DNA of 64,000 nt. It comes from Cyanidioschyzon merolae. Its lineage: Eukaryota. Numbering within the stretch: the first letter of the stretch is position 1; each line of letters opens with the position of its first letter. The translations under genes were made by a program, and so were the position numbers. Positions 35,040 through 44,994 of this stretch are shown here, piece by piece. The DNA lies in the NCBI GenBank assembly GCA_000091205.1, contig AP006495.2; one strand, given 5' to 3'. The notes under the pieces were generated by a model. It was not told the DNA's origin. It saw only the letters and a list, made by a program, of their open reading frames with translations, and searched no databases.

Positions 35040-35110
35040 AGAGGAGCAGTGAACGCCGCAGCCGCAGCTATTCGGCGAGTGGCTGGCAACGCAGTGCTCT
35101 GGGTCTCACG

Positions 35111-35150
35111 TGTGTGTGTGTGTGTGTGTGTGTTTGTGTGTGTGTTTGTG
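35111..35150. repeat. (TG)n microsatellite
   Basis: Direct read of gtgtgtgtgtgtgtgtgtgtgtttgtgtgtgtgtttgtgt, in the intergenic region between the TIP41 gene and the RlmI-like gene. Confidence 0.95.
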
Positions 35151-35428
35151 TCCGTGAACGTTGACATTCTTCTTCGCATAATATTACTGCCGTCGCTGCG
35201 TAGTCATTTGCTGGCCAGTGGACAGAGAGTGACGAGTGCTTCGTTTCGTGGCTGTCTACGACAACGTTCTTGTTGCAGTCTGACTGCGTAGCAGCTTACG
35301 TACCGGAATCGTGCTCCGAACTGCACGCTGTGCCGTGGCTTGCTTGTAATGGAATACGAGGACTAGATCTATAGACAGGTTTGCACTGCAGATCAGAAGA
35401 CACTGCGAGTTTCTGAACGCAAGCCTAC

Positions 35429-35592
35429 GACGCACAGCGTACAGCACGCCTTCAAAGAGCAGGTTCATTCGCAGCTGTTTCGAGTTCGACACCCTTCCGT
35501 CACTTCGTAAGACGCACAGCGTACAGCACGCCTTCAAAGAGCAGGTTCATTCGCAGCTGTTTCGAGTTCGACACCCCTCCGTCGCTTCGGAC
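35429..35592. repeat. 82-bp tandem duplication (2 copies)
   Basis: gacgcacagcgtacagcacgccttcaaagagcaggttcattcgcagctgtttcgagttcgacaccc.tccgtc.cttcg occurs twice back to back. It is the reason minus ORFs 35256-35537 and 35500-35913 share the peptide SNSKQLRMNLLFEGVLYAV. Confidence 0.85.
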
Positions 35593-35740
35593 GGGACGTT
35601 GTTGAAGCCTGACCAGCCGCTCACCTCTATTCCTCGAGAGCAAGGCATCTGCCACGGGCGACGCATCGCCGTCCGACACGTGTCTCCAGAGACGGCAGTA
35701 GCGGAGCGCTGCAAGCAGACCTCCGGCACCACGTGTCAGC

Positions 35741-37594
35741 ATGGATGACGAAAGCGGCAGACTGCCGCAGTGCGCTGTCACTTGTACAGCGCTTCGTACG
35801 AGATCATTTTCGACTCGAGCAGTACAAGTCAGTGGTGGCTCTGGGGTTGCTTTTGTCACTGTCCGGCTTTTAGAGAGAATCCCTGGACGACGTACGTTGC
35901 TGGGCTCTCGCACGACGCTCGAGCGTGTCGTGCACGTACATCGTACATGCCCGGAACGTGCGAGGAATCAGTCTGCGCTCTGGATAATGCCTGCTTGCAT
36001 TGCCGCACGTTCTCGCTTCTGCTCGTCAACTCTCCAGTTGCAGTCGCGCAGACAGGTGCCGCTCACGAGACCGGCGTGCAGGTCACTGGCAGGCGGCACT
36101 TTTCGGAAATCATGGATCTGCAGCGTTTCGAATCGGGAATGTGAAAGCCACGGGACTACGAGCGCCCCGAATGTACCCACGGTGTACGTTCGCTCAGAAA
36201 AAGCGCACCTCTTCGCGCGACAAGTGCGGCCACTAATCTTTGGTAGAGCGATTGTAGTGCCTACCACGCGCCCGAACGGGACGTACGAGGCGCTCCAGCC
36301 GCGCACAGATGACCTGGTATGCGTTCGTTTGGCTACCTCTGGCCTAGAAGGGCAGGGAGGCCGCACCGATACGCCGGGTCCGGTCCTTGGCTATGGGTTT
36401 TACAATCCAGACTCCATGTATCGCGTGCGTTTGATCTGGCAGAATCGTTTGGACGGTGATTCCGTGCCGCTCCTGAAGTATCCAGATGGATCGTACCGCG
36501 TGGACCTGTTGCGTGTGCTCACGCGTCTTTTCACTGCAGCCTGGCGACTTCGAGAGAGACTGGGTCTCGTTGGTAGCGCCCATGCTGCGTGTCGTCTAAT
36601 CAACGGCGAGGGCGACCGCGTCAGCGGACTCTGTATTGACCTCTATGCACGGTACCTCGTTGTACAGAGCTCAGCGCGATGGGTCGAGCACCATCGACCC
36701 GTGATCGAGCAGGCGCTGCGCAACGTGACTAAGAATGCATACGAACTCGTGTGGCGGTCAAACTCGGATCGATTACGACAAGACGGTTTCGTGATGAGCG
36801 ACGACCCGAGTCGGGCTACAGCACCCGGGGCAGCGTCTACGATGACGCGCCGGGCATCGAGCACCGCTGCTACCTGGATTACAGAACACGGCCTCATGTA
36901 CGAAGTCGACATCATGCACGGCCAGAAAACAGGGCATTACTGCGACCAACGAGACAATCGACTCTTTATACGCCATCTTGTGCAAGAAGCGAGCATTCAG
37001 CGGGTCTTGGACCTCTGCACCTATACTGGCGGCTTTGCGCTGAACGCAGTGCTCGGCGGTGCGCTGCATGTCACTGCTGTAGACTCATCTGGCCAGGCCC
37101 TGATGCAAGCACATCGCAATGCAGAGCGCAATCAAGTATCATCGAGGCTGATTCTGGACAAGGAGCCGGGTATACCGGGTGAGTCGCCACCGACGCTATG
37201 GCTGGTGCGTGACGACGTGCAGCGTTTTTGTGAGCGCCTTGAATCACATATCGAGCATCACCCAGAGAGCACTCAACGCTACGATCTTGTGGTGCTGGAT
37301 CCGCCCAAACTGGCACCCACAGTGGAGAGCCTGCCCAGGGCTCGCCATCGGTATCGCAAAATGAATGCTGCAGCGTTGCGACTCGTTCGTTCGAGCGGCT
37401 TTCTCTTCACCTGCACGTGCTCTGCATCGATGACGCAAAGCGGTCAGTTCTCGGCGGTGCTCATGGAGGCTGCCCTCGACGCTGGAAGGAGGATAACCAT
37501 CTTGGCAGAGCGCGGTGCTGCTCTGGATCATGTCGTGTCGCCGGCCGCGCCAGAGGGTCGCTACCTCACCGCAATGCTCCTGGCCGTCGAATGA
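35741..37594 (+). CDS. Bacterial-type 23S rRNA m5C methyltransferase RlmI/RlmK-like (PUA-like N-domain plus class I SAM methyltransferase), probably organelle-targeted
   Basis: GQKTGHYCDQRDNRLFIR, VLDLCTYTGGFALNAVLGGA..VTAVDSSGQAL, YDLVVLDPPKLAP, GFLFTCTCSASMT and PEGRYLTAMLLAV are collinear with E. coli RlmI (GLKTGYYLDQRDSR; FDVIVMDPPKF; LLTFSCSGLMT; PEGLYLKGFA). ATG at 35741, with an alternative ATG at 35987. The first ~150 aa look like a presequence. Confidence 0.8.
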   Translation: MDDESGRLPQCAVTCTALRTRSFSTRAVQVSGGSGVAFVTVRLLERIPGRRTLLGSRTTLERVVHVHRTCPERARNQSALWIMPACIAARSRFCSSTLQLQSRRQVPLTRPACRSLAGGTFRKSWICSVSNRECESHGTTSAPNVPTVYVRSEKAHLFARQVRPLIFGRAIVVPTTRPNGTYEALQPRTDDLVCVRLATSGLEGQGGRTDTPGPVLGYGFYNPDSMYRVRLIWQNRLDGDSVPLLKYPDGSYRVDLLRVLTRLFTAAWRLRERLGLVGSAHAACRLINGEGDRVSGLCIDLYARYLVVQSSARWVEHHRPVIEQALRNVTKNAYELVWRSNSDRLRQDGFVMSDDPSRATAPGAASTMTRRASSTAATWITEHGLMYEVDIMHGQKTGHYCDQRDNRLFIRHLVQEASIQRVLDLCTYTGGFALNAVLGGALHVTAVDSSGQALMQAHRNAERNQVSSRLILDKEPGIPGESPPTLWLVRDDVQRFCERLESHIEHHPESTQRYDLVVLDPPKLAPTVESLPRARHRYRKMNAAALRLVRSSGFLFTCTCSASMTQSGQFSAVLMEAALDAGRRITILAERGAALDHVVSPAAPEGRYLTAMLLAVE

Positions 37595-38772
37595 CGCCGT
37601 CTGGTCATGCTGGGACTTGCTGTGCAGCATTTCGCATCAGAGATAGCAGCAGGATCAGTGGTAGCACCGTTCATGACGAGCATACGCTTACCAGCATTGT
37701 TATGAGCGGAGCCTGGAAAACTCGCCGTCTACGTCTCTCGTTAAAAAGCGTTTGTGGCGTTGCAATGCGCGAGGAGGTGTGCGTAACCTCGAAACATTCC
37801 CGCAAGATGCGGTAAAGACGTTATGCTCGCAACGAGCAGCAGCACAGTGCGCTGCTGGTGCCACAAAAAAAACTCCCCGCAGTGTCTCGTGGAGCAAAAT
37901 TGTAGCATCGACGTCGCCAGTCGCTGGTTACAACGAGTCATTGCAGGACTATCGGCAGCGTGCTACAAAACATACAAGTCAAAGCGAACACGCACCGTAT
38001 CTGACTAGTGCAGAGCACCACGTTCTGGTAGCGCGAGGGAAAACTCTCCAAAAACGTACGTTTCCGTCTTTTCCGATCATGTCTATCACCAACCTTCTCG
38101 AGATATTTGCTGCGGTCGCAACTGCCATAAATTCTGTGCATTGCGCTCGTCGTAACGAAGCGCACTCTGCAATATCGATTCATCGGAACAAAGCTATTGA
38201 TCACCAGTTGCCCAGGGAAACGGTTGCCGGTGTACCTGGACCGCACCCCAGCATCACCGAATTCCTGAAGCGTACCATACCAGCGCCTGGCTCCGAACTC
38301 GAATCCACTGCTCTGTCTCCTGGTCACTGATCTATTTCATCAAAGGTCAGAAACATGTCATTTCCATGCTCACACTGAGTACTCAAAGATTCCATTCAAC
38401 GGTAGCTCGAAACAATGCCAGCTGTTAGTCGAAGCATTCAAGTCACGGTTTAGAAATCGCTTGCGTTCATCGTTGAGCATGGAATCACACGTCATTCCAC
38501 GGCTTTCATGTTCGAGTGCCGGGGATGCACTCCGCTGTTGCACGCCTGCGACAACAAGAAAGACACAAAAATTGAAGGCTCAGCGGATACTAGAGTTCCA
38601 GCATTCATTGCCCTGCGTAGAACGGAAAACGACGAACAGCCGCTGTCCAGCCATCAAGAGCGCTGCTTTGGACTGCGCGACCCGACCGTTCGAACGTACG
38701 CACGAACCATGCAGCAGACTCCACTTGGCGCTGCACTCCGACACCTCTCGGTTGGCTTTCGTCACTAAAGCG

Positions 38773-39402
38773 ATGTTGATTCGCACAACTCCCGTCCAAG
38801 AGACTGGGAACCACCAGCCAAAAACCGAGCCAGCGTCGTTTGCGTTTCCACCTTGGCACCAATACCCGCCACTGTATACGATCCAACCGTGTGCACGCAC
38901 GCGAGAAAGACAGCTTTATTTATGGAGGCGTCTGATTCTGGACTACTGTGAGCACTTTTGGATATTGACCCTGCGTTTGTATGATGCGGAAAGCCCCCAA
39001 ATGCCGTTATTTTGTAACCGTGCGATCCAGCGCCGGCTAAGTCGTTCAGCACTGCAGTGCATCTTCCAGGAACTCGTCTTGAGTGGAGACGCAGCTTGGA
39101 GCAACCCCGAGGAAAAAGAGGAGTTGCTTATTTTCTGGCGATCACCACGACTCTGGGCCGATGAACTGCTCCGCGTCGTGGCCCAGTACGGGCAGAACAA
39201 GGGCGGCGTGTTCACACTGCCAGAGTTAGCGAGCATGCTTGGTGAGCGCTGCTCGCTCGGACGACAGCAGCGCGCACAAGCCCTGCAAACAGCCATACCT
39301 ATCGCTTTTTTGGAGCATATTCTGGAGCTACTCGCAGCACAGGGCAAAGCGCGTGTGTTCAGCACGAATGAGGGACGCGGTGTGAAGTTTGATTTCTCAT
39401 AA
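38773..39402 (+). CDS. VPS25: ESCRT-II subunit Vps25 (EAP20)
   Basis: Collinear with Vps25: FPPWHQYPPLYTIQP..TRERQLYLWRRLILDYCEHF matches FPPFFTLQPN..TRQKQL..W..LVLSYCRHH, PLFCNRAIQRRL matches PLFNN..IQRKL, and GQNKGGVFTLPEL...DGRGVKF matches GQNNSVFTLYEL...DGRGVKF. The track start at 38461 is TTG, and the first in-frame ATG before the conserved block is at 38773. Confidence 0.85.
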   Translation: MLIRTTPVQETGNHQPKTEPASFAFPPWHQYPPLYTIQPCARTRERQLYLWRRLILDYCEHFWILTLRLYDAESPQMPLFCNRAIQRRLSRSALQCIFQELVLSGDAAWSNPEEKEELLIFWRSPRLWADELLRVVAQYGQNKGGVFTLPELASMLGERCSLGRQQRAQALQTAIPIAFLEHILELLAAQGKARVFSTNEGRGVKFDFS

Positions 39403-40036
39403 GCGGTCTAGTGCGGTTGCTGCTGCCGCTCCAATGAAAAGGTGGATGCGGAAACAGCCCGAGTCGTACGTGCACTATCACCAATAAGCAGCACCGGATG
39501 TGATTTTATGATGTCCGATCCATGAAGCGCACCGAATTCCCACGGATACGTCATCGATGTCCGTACCGAGGAAGCAGACCTCAATTTCTCAGCGGGCACT
39601 GCACAGCAGGGTGCCAGCTCGCTGTGCAGGCGTGTTCAGCATACACGCTACTCGGGAAGCAGGGTCGAGCCAGCGCGCGTGCTCCCTTTGGCCCAGTCGA
39701 CGTGTTGTGGGAGCACGTGCTGCACGAGGCCGTCGCAACTGCGGACGCACTCACACAGACACACATACGTAAACAACGCCTCGATAAGAAGCCTGCGACG
39801 TTGCCGCCAGCCACTTTTCTCCTTCCACGAATATGCATCGAGTGAGCGCGATGCAGCCTGGCAAATAACGAGCTCGACGTGATGATTCCTGGTGATGTTC
39901 CGCTGATCTCTAACCCCGATGCAACGGTTACCCCGGTAATTGTAGCTTCAGAGCGAGTACCGCCGATGTCTACGCAGACGAATGCAAAGCAGCACAACTT
40001 GAGATCAGCAAGGGACGCGGCGAGCAGCCCTGATGT

Positions 40037-41701
40037 CTAGGCAGTCTGATGCAACGCAGCGGCTGGCTGATTCAAAAAAGAACTGGGTTGGCCGGTGGAA
40101 CTCAGGAGGCGCGACCAGGTTCGATCCCGGATATCCACTCGTTGTTGCTGCCCAGCGACGTCCTGCAGAGGGATCATCGCGTGTCGACCGTTGACAGGTC
40201 CCACAGTGAAGGACGTGAAACCAGCCATAGCGCCGTGGATGGCGCTATGCGCCAGCACTGCACAGTACATCTGATCGCTCGCCGTCGCTGGCACTGCGCG
40301 TACCATGTACGTTGGATCGATGTACTTCATGGAGACTTCAATATTCTCCCGATTGAAATACGCCTGCAACCGTTCTTTCAGGTACAGTCCGATGTCGTTA
40401 AACTTGCGATTTCCACTAGCGTCGATTTCGGTGCTTGCGGCGAGGAGATCCTGGCCGGCGCCTTCCGCCACCACGAGCAGAAAATGGCCATTTTCCTGCA
40501 ATCGTTTTTCCACAAAGGCTGCCAGGCCATTCGGGCCCTCAATCTCAAAGGGCAACTCGGGTATCAAGCAGCAGTCCACATCGCGATTCGCAAGCGAAGC
40601 GTACATCGCGATGAAGCCCGAGTTGCGACCCATGAGGCGTACGATACCGATGCCGTTTGGGAAACAGGTGGCCTCGACGTGCGCCGCATTCAGCGCACGT
40701 TGCGCTTCCTCCACTGCAGTCATGAACCCAAAACTGTGATCAATGACTGGAATATCATTGTCGATTGTTTTGGGAATGCTCGCAACACTCACGCGAAGAC
40801 GCTCACGCATGCACGCCTCCGCTATTGCGGCAGCGCCCCGAATGGTACCGTCGCCTCCGATAATGTACAACTGGTTGAGGCCGTGGCGACGGATCGCACC
40901 GAGGATCTGCTCGAGGTCGAAGCCGCCTCGCGACGATCCCAGGATCGTACCACCCAGTCGATGGATACCGTCCACGGTTCGCGGGGAGAGCTCCAGGTAC
41001 GGGGTGCCATTGTAGAAGCCGCGGTATCCGCCGCGTATTCCGACGATACTGCGTACATCGTACAGGTGCCATAGGCCATCCGTCAGCTCTCGAATAACTG
41101 TATTGATGCCAGGACAGAGGCCGCCGCAGGTTACGATGGCAGCACGAACCTCTTCGGGTCGAAACGCAATCCAGCTTCGTGGACCGGCCCGTAGATAGCG
41201 GGCAAAGTTGCGACGCTTGTCGGGATTAATGACGGTCTGCTTCAAAACAACGTCGTTTGGCGATGTGTCGTAGTTGTCGAGCCCACGGAACGAAACTTTC
41301 GACGTAGCCGGGTTGCATACGCGGGGTATTTGACTTGCCGGCAAAAAGTCCTGCAGTCGTGGTATGGATTTTAAATATCTACCGCTGTCGATATCCGAGA
41401 TAGAGAGGCTTTGGTAGATTTCTGGTGAGAGGATGAAATCCGCGTCGTTTTCGTCGAAAGCTTCCCGTGCGTCCGAGCTACCACCTGGCCTTCCGTGCGT
41501 ACAGCTTATCTGGAAAGCCGAACGCCCTCTTGCTGGTTGTCCGCTCTGCGCAGTGCGACGCTGCAGTCGCACGAAGCCCTGCTTACCGAGTTGCAACGGG
41601 GTGCGCAACTTCCACTGCAACGGTTTTCGACTCGCACCGCAAGTGGAGTTTTGCCCCGATCTACCGAAGAAGCAACTAGGAACAAAGTTTAGTGCGAGCA
41701 T
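40037..41701 (-). CDS. PFK: Plant-type (group B) ATP-dependent 6-phosphofructokinase with an N-terminal extension
   Basis: CGGLCPGINTVIREL, GGYRGF, IGGDGTIRGA, IPKTIDNDIPVIDHSFGFMTAVEEAQRA and MGRNSGFIAMYASLA are hallmark PFK-A/PFP-family motifs of the plant/protist short type. The track start at 41887 is GTG, and the first ATG is at 41701, about 90 aa before the conserved core. Confidence 0.85.
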   Translation of the reverse strand: MLALNFVPSCFFGRSGQNSTCGASRKPLQWKLRTPLQLGKQGFVRLQRRTAQSGQPARGRSAFQISCTHGRPGGSSDAREAFDENDADFILSPEIYQSLSISDIDSGRYLKSIPRLQDFLPASQIPRVCNPATSKVSFRGLDNYDTSPNDVVLKQTVINPDKRRNFARYLRAGPRSWIAFRPEEVRAAIVTCGGLCPGINTVIRELTDGLWHLYDVRSIVGIRGGYRGFYNGTPYLELSPRTVDGIHRLGGTILGSSRGGFDLEQILGAIRRHGLNQLYIIGGDGTIRGAAAIAEACMRERLRVSVASIPKTIDNDIPVIDHSFGFMTAVEEAQRALNAAHVEATCFPNGIGIVRLMGRNSGFIAMYASLANRDVDCCLIPELPFEIEGPNGLAAFVEKRLQENGHFLLVVAEGAGQDLLAASTEIDASGNRKFNDIGLYLKERLQAYFNRENIEVSMKYIDPTYMVRAVPATASDQMYCAVLAHSAIHGAMAGFTSFTVGPVNGRHAMIPLQDVAGQQQRVDIRDRTWSRLLSSTGQPSSFLNQPAAALHQTA

Positions 41702-42739
41702 TCGAATCACGTGGATGATCGATAAGAAAAACAGCGCCTGCGCACACACACACGCACCTCGGCGAAGCGTTAAGGTATGGATATGGTGCAGCGGTCGCGA
41801 TCGCAGCGTTCCCGTTCGAATCAACGGAAGGAGGCCACGATATTTTGCGCTCCTGGATTCGCATCCCGAAGCTGATCGTTTTTCCACTGAATTCTATGAC
41901 ACATCCCGTACGTGAACTTGAAAGCTTTCTCGCGGTGTATAGCAGGCAACCGAAATCAATATGCAATGTTTTGTATAGATTGTCGATGAATTGCCTGTAG
42001 GATATGTCCTGTACTGAACAGTGCGCGGAGGACTGCATTCCTCCTGAAGGTCTGCTATACCACAGCACTCTGATGATTCAGGAACACTGGACGGAAAGAA
42101 GCAGATACGTTCATCGCCAAAAACTGGTATTGATAAAGTGTGCCTGACGTCTATGGTAGAACACGACACTTGATCGCATTACGGAAAGCAGAAGCTACGA
42201 CAGTAGCCACCACATGTGTGGCTGTTTCTCAACAGTTTGTTCGTGCGGACCTGAAATCACTGGGATGTAAACACAAAACCAGAGTTCTAGTTCACGAACG
42301 GCCATCCTTCACCGAAATGGCACCTACAGCGTGCCTGGAACGTCGCGACCGGTATGACGCACAAAGACGACGGCTTGTTTTGCACCTCGGTGATACCTCC
42401 GCCCGAAGAACCGGTCGAAGCGTGTGTGCGTATTCGCGGAGACGGGAGCCCGTTATATGTACGATCGATCCCGAAGGGAGCTCGGAAACCACTTTGTCGA
42501 ATCATTGAAGACTTTTCTTTCGACTTCTGGCGACGTCCTTCTTTCGTACAATATCGCAGTTAAACATTCGCTTTGGGTTCCAGCTTTTGCTGATGTTATC
42601 AGGGTAGAGTTGCTCTTCATTCCTCTGTACGCTCCGTAGATCAACCAAAATGAAACTGTCTTTTGTAATGTGAAATGTAATGAACGCCACGCTGGATTTT
42701 TTCTTTAACAAAATTTTTACATGGACCATGGATCCTGGA

Positions 42740-43060
42740 TTGCGGGATGGATCGCAGCATTCGGGAAAGTGTCCACATGCAGCAACCGATGTTCCAGCTC
42801 CATAACCCATACCTCTCCTCGGATATACTGGTCGTTGCATACGCTCGATCGTGCGCCAAGCCTGCCGTGAGCGCCCGCGGCCCGTATAGCAATATTCGAC
42901 AGCGTGTCGTCCTGAAATGCGCTCTGGCTACCTCCCTGGTCACCGCGGGCATCAGCGAGCGTCGGACGTTTCGAGCTCTACCCGTGGACCCCGTATCAGT
43001 TCGTCTGTACATCGAAGCAGAACCCACACCAGATTATTCAGTTATTATGCAGGTGCCCTA
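42740..43060 (+). repeat. Dispersed repeat, diverged third copy (C), solo
   Basis: Shares the core ..cccatacctctcctcggatatactggtcgttgcatacgctcgatcgtgcg.. and a downstream gcgcccgcggcccgtatagc segment with copies A and B, in the same orientation. Similarity is lower and shorter. Confidence 0.45.
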
Positions 43061-43770
43061 AAAAGCACTCCAAGGCTGTCCTGTCTCGGTTTGATTCCAG
43101 CGGTAGAGCGTCCAGAGCTGGAGCAGGCGCCAGCGATAGACTCGGAACCCAGAACTTCGAATCACACTACACGAGCCGCTGTTCAAGAGGGCTTGTCTGA
43201 GTAAGGATTGATGGAACCTTGGCAAGTTTACTGAGGAACGAAAGCCTGTTTGGCGGCTATGAGCGGTGTTTTGCGCGCGACGGGCGCATCCACGGAATCC
43301 AACGGGAAGCAGCGATCCCTCTACGTAGAGGACGAACCGAGAAGTCGCTGTCCGTTCCGCGCGCCGATCCCAAATCGGACCCTGTGCCAGCGCCGTCGTA
43401 GTGCCCGCGAAATGCGCAACACCGCAAACTCCTTGTGAAACCGTTCATCGGAAGGCTGTAGGTGACAAGGCTCGTGTGAGACCTTACCTGGCGCTTAGAT
43501 AGTGCGAGAACCTCTCTGCCCGCGGGCCGTGTTCGCAAGCTGCTTTCAAGGTCGCAGGCGCGTGCGCAGCTGGTACACACCGCTTTCCGCGGAACGCATC
43601 ACGCTCTCGCGCACGCTGCGTCACGGCGAAGTGCGGCAACGAATAAGGCGAAGGGCGTTGCTCTCAGCGCACGCCCTGCCTTGCTTTCGAGGCAAAATAC
43701 TGGAGATAGTTCTGAAGTTGTGGCTTTAGAAGAAAAATCTTCGCCGGGGCTGCACTCGCTTCCTAAATAT

Positions 43771-44994
43771 ATGCCCGAACCAGGGAGTAACTCGCCAAGT
43801 GCGACACGAACGGGAGCACATGCCACAGAGTACCTGCGTGGGGAAGGCAGCATGCCGCGTGATAGCCCGAAAGATAAGGAGTTTGGCATTGTAGACGCTG
43901 GGGGCTTGACATCGCTGTCACTGAGCCCCTTTCTTCAAGGTCTCACTGGTGAAGACGCGCTCGTAGCGGTGCATGGCGCAAGCTTATGGGAGACAACCGC
44001 AACCGGCCGAACGAGGGACACACTCACGCAAGATATTACCATCCGAAAAGAGACATTGACCGAAGGCGATATGTCGCATGCCCCCTATGGCGAGCGTGCT
44101 GGAACCCAGAGGCGCGCTGCGTCACAAAAGCGCACGCAACCTGAACTGGAGGGTACTTTAGCGCCCGCGGCGAAAACACGTCACAGTCTATCGCGAACGG
44201 GATGCATACGCTCCAGTCGCAGGGCATCGCCGGGGTCGTCTGAGGCGGACTCTGACCCCCAAAACCATGGCGATAAAGTCAGGGAGATTCAGCGCCGCAA
44301 GCGGCTGCGGGAGCGGGAGCGTCGTGAATCGATGCGCACAAAATACAATGCGTTGATCGAGTTGCTTCGGCAAGGTCGCCGCAACCTCATGTCGTGGGAC
44401 CTCTACAGACGCCAGCGTAGCAATCGAGCAGATATACAGGTCTCTGCTGGCAAGTCGCTTGATGAGTCCGCAATGCCGCACAGCTTTGTTATTCCAAGCG
44501 ACAAAGACGCAGTGCTCTCTGAATGCATGGGCCAGCTGAATGCGTTTAACCGTCTTATGGCCGGCATCCGGGAGGAATTCGATACCCTGCATCATCAGCT
44601 GGATGAAATGCGGTCGGAAAAAGCAGATCTACGGAATGACAAGCTGTATCTACGGGAGGAGGTGCAGAGACTGCGGGATGAAGTTCGCCGGCTGCGCGAG
44701 GGTACGCTACAGATGTTTCTGGCGTCACGCAAGGGCGATATGGTCGCAGACGGGACTCTGGAAGCGGCATTGCGAAATCGAATTTTTGACTCGAACGATG
44801 AGCAACTTGATCTGCTGCTGGACCCGTCTACGAGCGTTCCGATGGGCTCTGTACCGTCCGGCGCAACGCCACAGATTCACCAGGAGCGCGATAAAACGTC
44901 TGCTATGCTTAGCAACGCGCGCGAGGGTTACTCGAGCTATGGAAAATGCCCTGATAACAGTGCTGATGAGCCGGATTATAGTACTTGTGCCTAG
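43771..44994 (+). CDS. Putative bHLH-leucine-zipper-like DNA-binding protein
   Basis: Basic region plus helix 1 RRKRLRERERRESMRTKYNALIELL, a loop, helix 2 KDAVLSECMGQLNAFNRL, then a heptad Leu/Arg-rich coiled coil (LRNDKLYLREEVQRLRDEVRRLREG). The track start at 43681 is TTG, and the first ATG is at 43771. The rest of the protein is low-complexity. Confidence 0.35.
   Translation: MPEPGSNSPSATRTGAHATEYLRGEGSMPRDSPKDKEFGIVDAGGLTSLSLSPFLQGLTGEDALVAVHGASLWETTATGRTRDTLTQDITIRKETLTEGDMSHAPYGERAGTQRRAASQKRTQPELEGTLAPAAKTRHSLSRTGCIRSSRRASPGSSEADSDPQNHGDKVREIQRRKRLRERERRESMRTKYNALIELLRQGRRNLMSWDLYRRQRSNRADIQVSAGKSLDESAMPHSFVIPSDKDAVLSECMGQLNAFNRLMAGIREEFDTLHHQLDEMRSEKADLRNDKLYLREEVQRLRDEVRRLREGTLQMFLASRKGDMVADGTLEAALRNRIFDSNDEQLDLLLDPSTSVPMGSVPSGATPQIHQERDKTSAMLSNAREGYSSYGKCPDNSADEPDYSTCA

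Noticed and set aside
40090-40130. GGTTCGATCCCGG, a tRNA T-arm-like motif
   Set aside because: It lies inside the PFK coding sequence and no cloverleaf can be built around it. I found no convincing tRNA in the window, but a tRNAscan-SE run would be needed to be sure.
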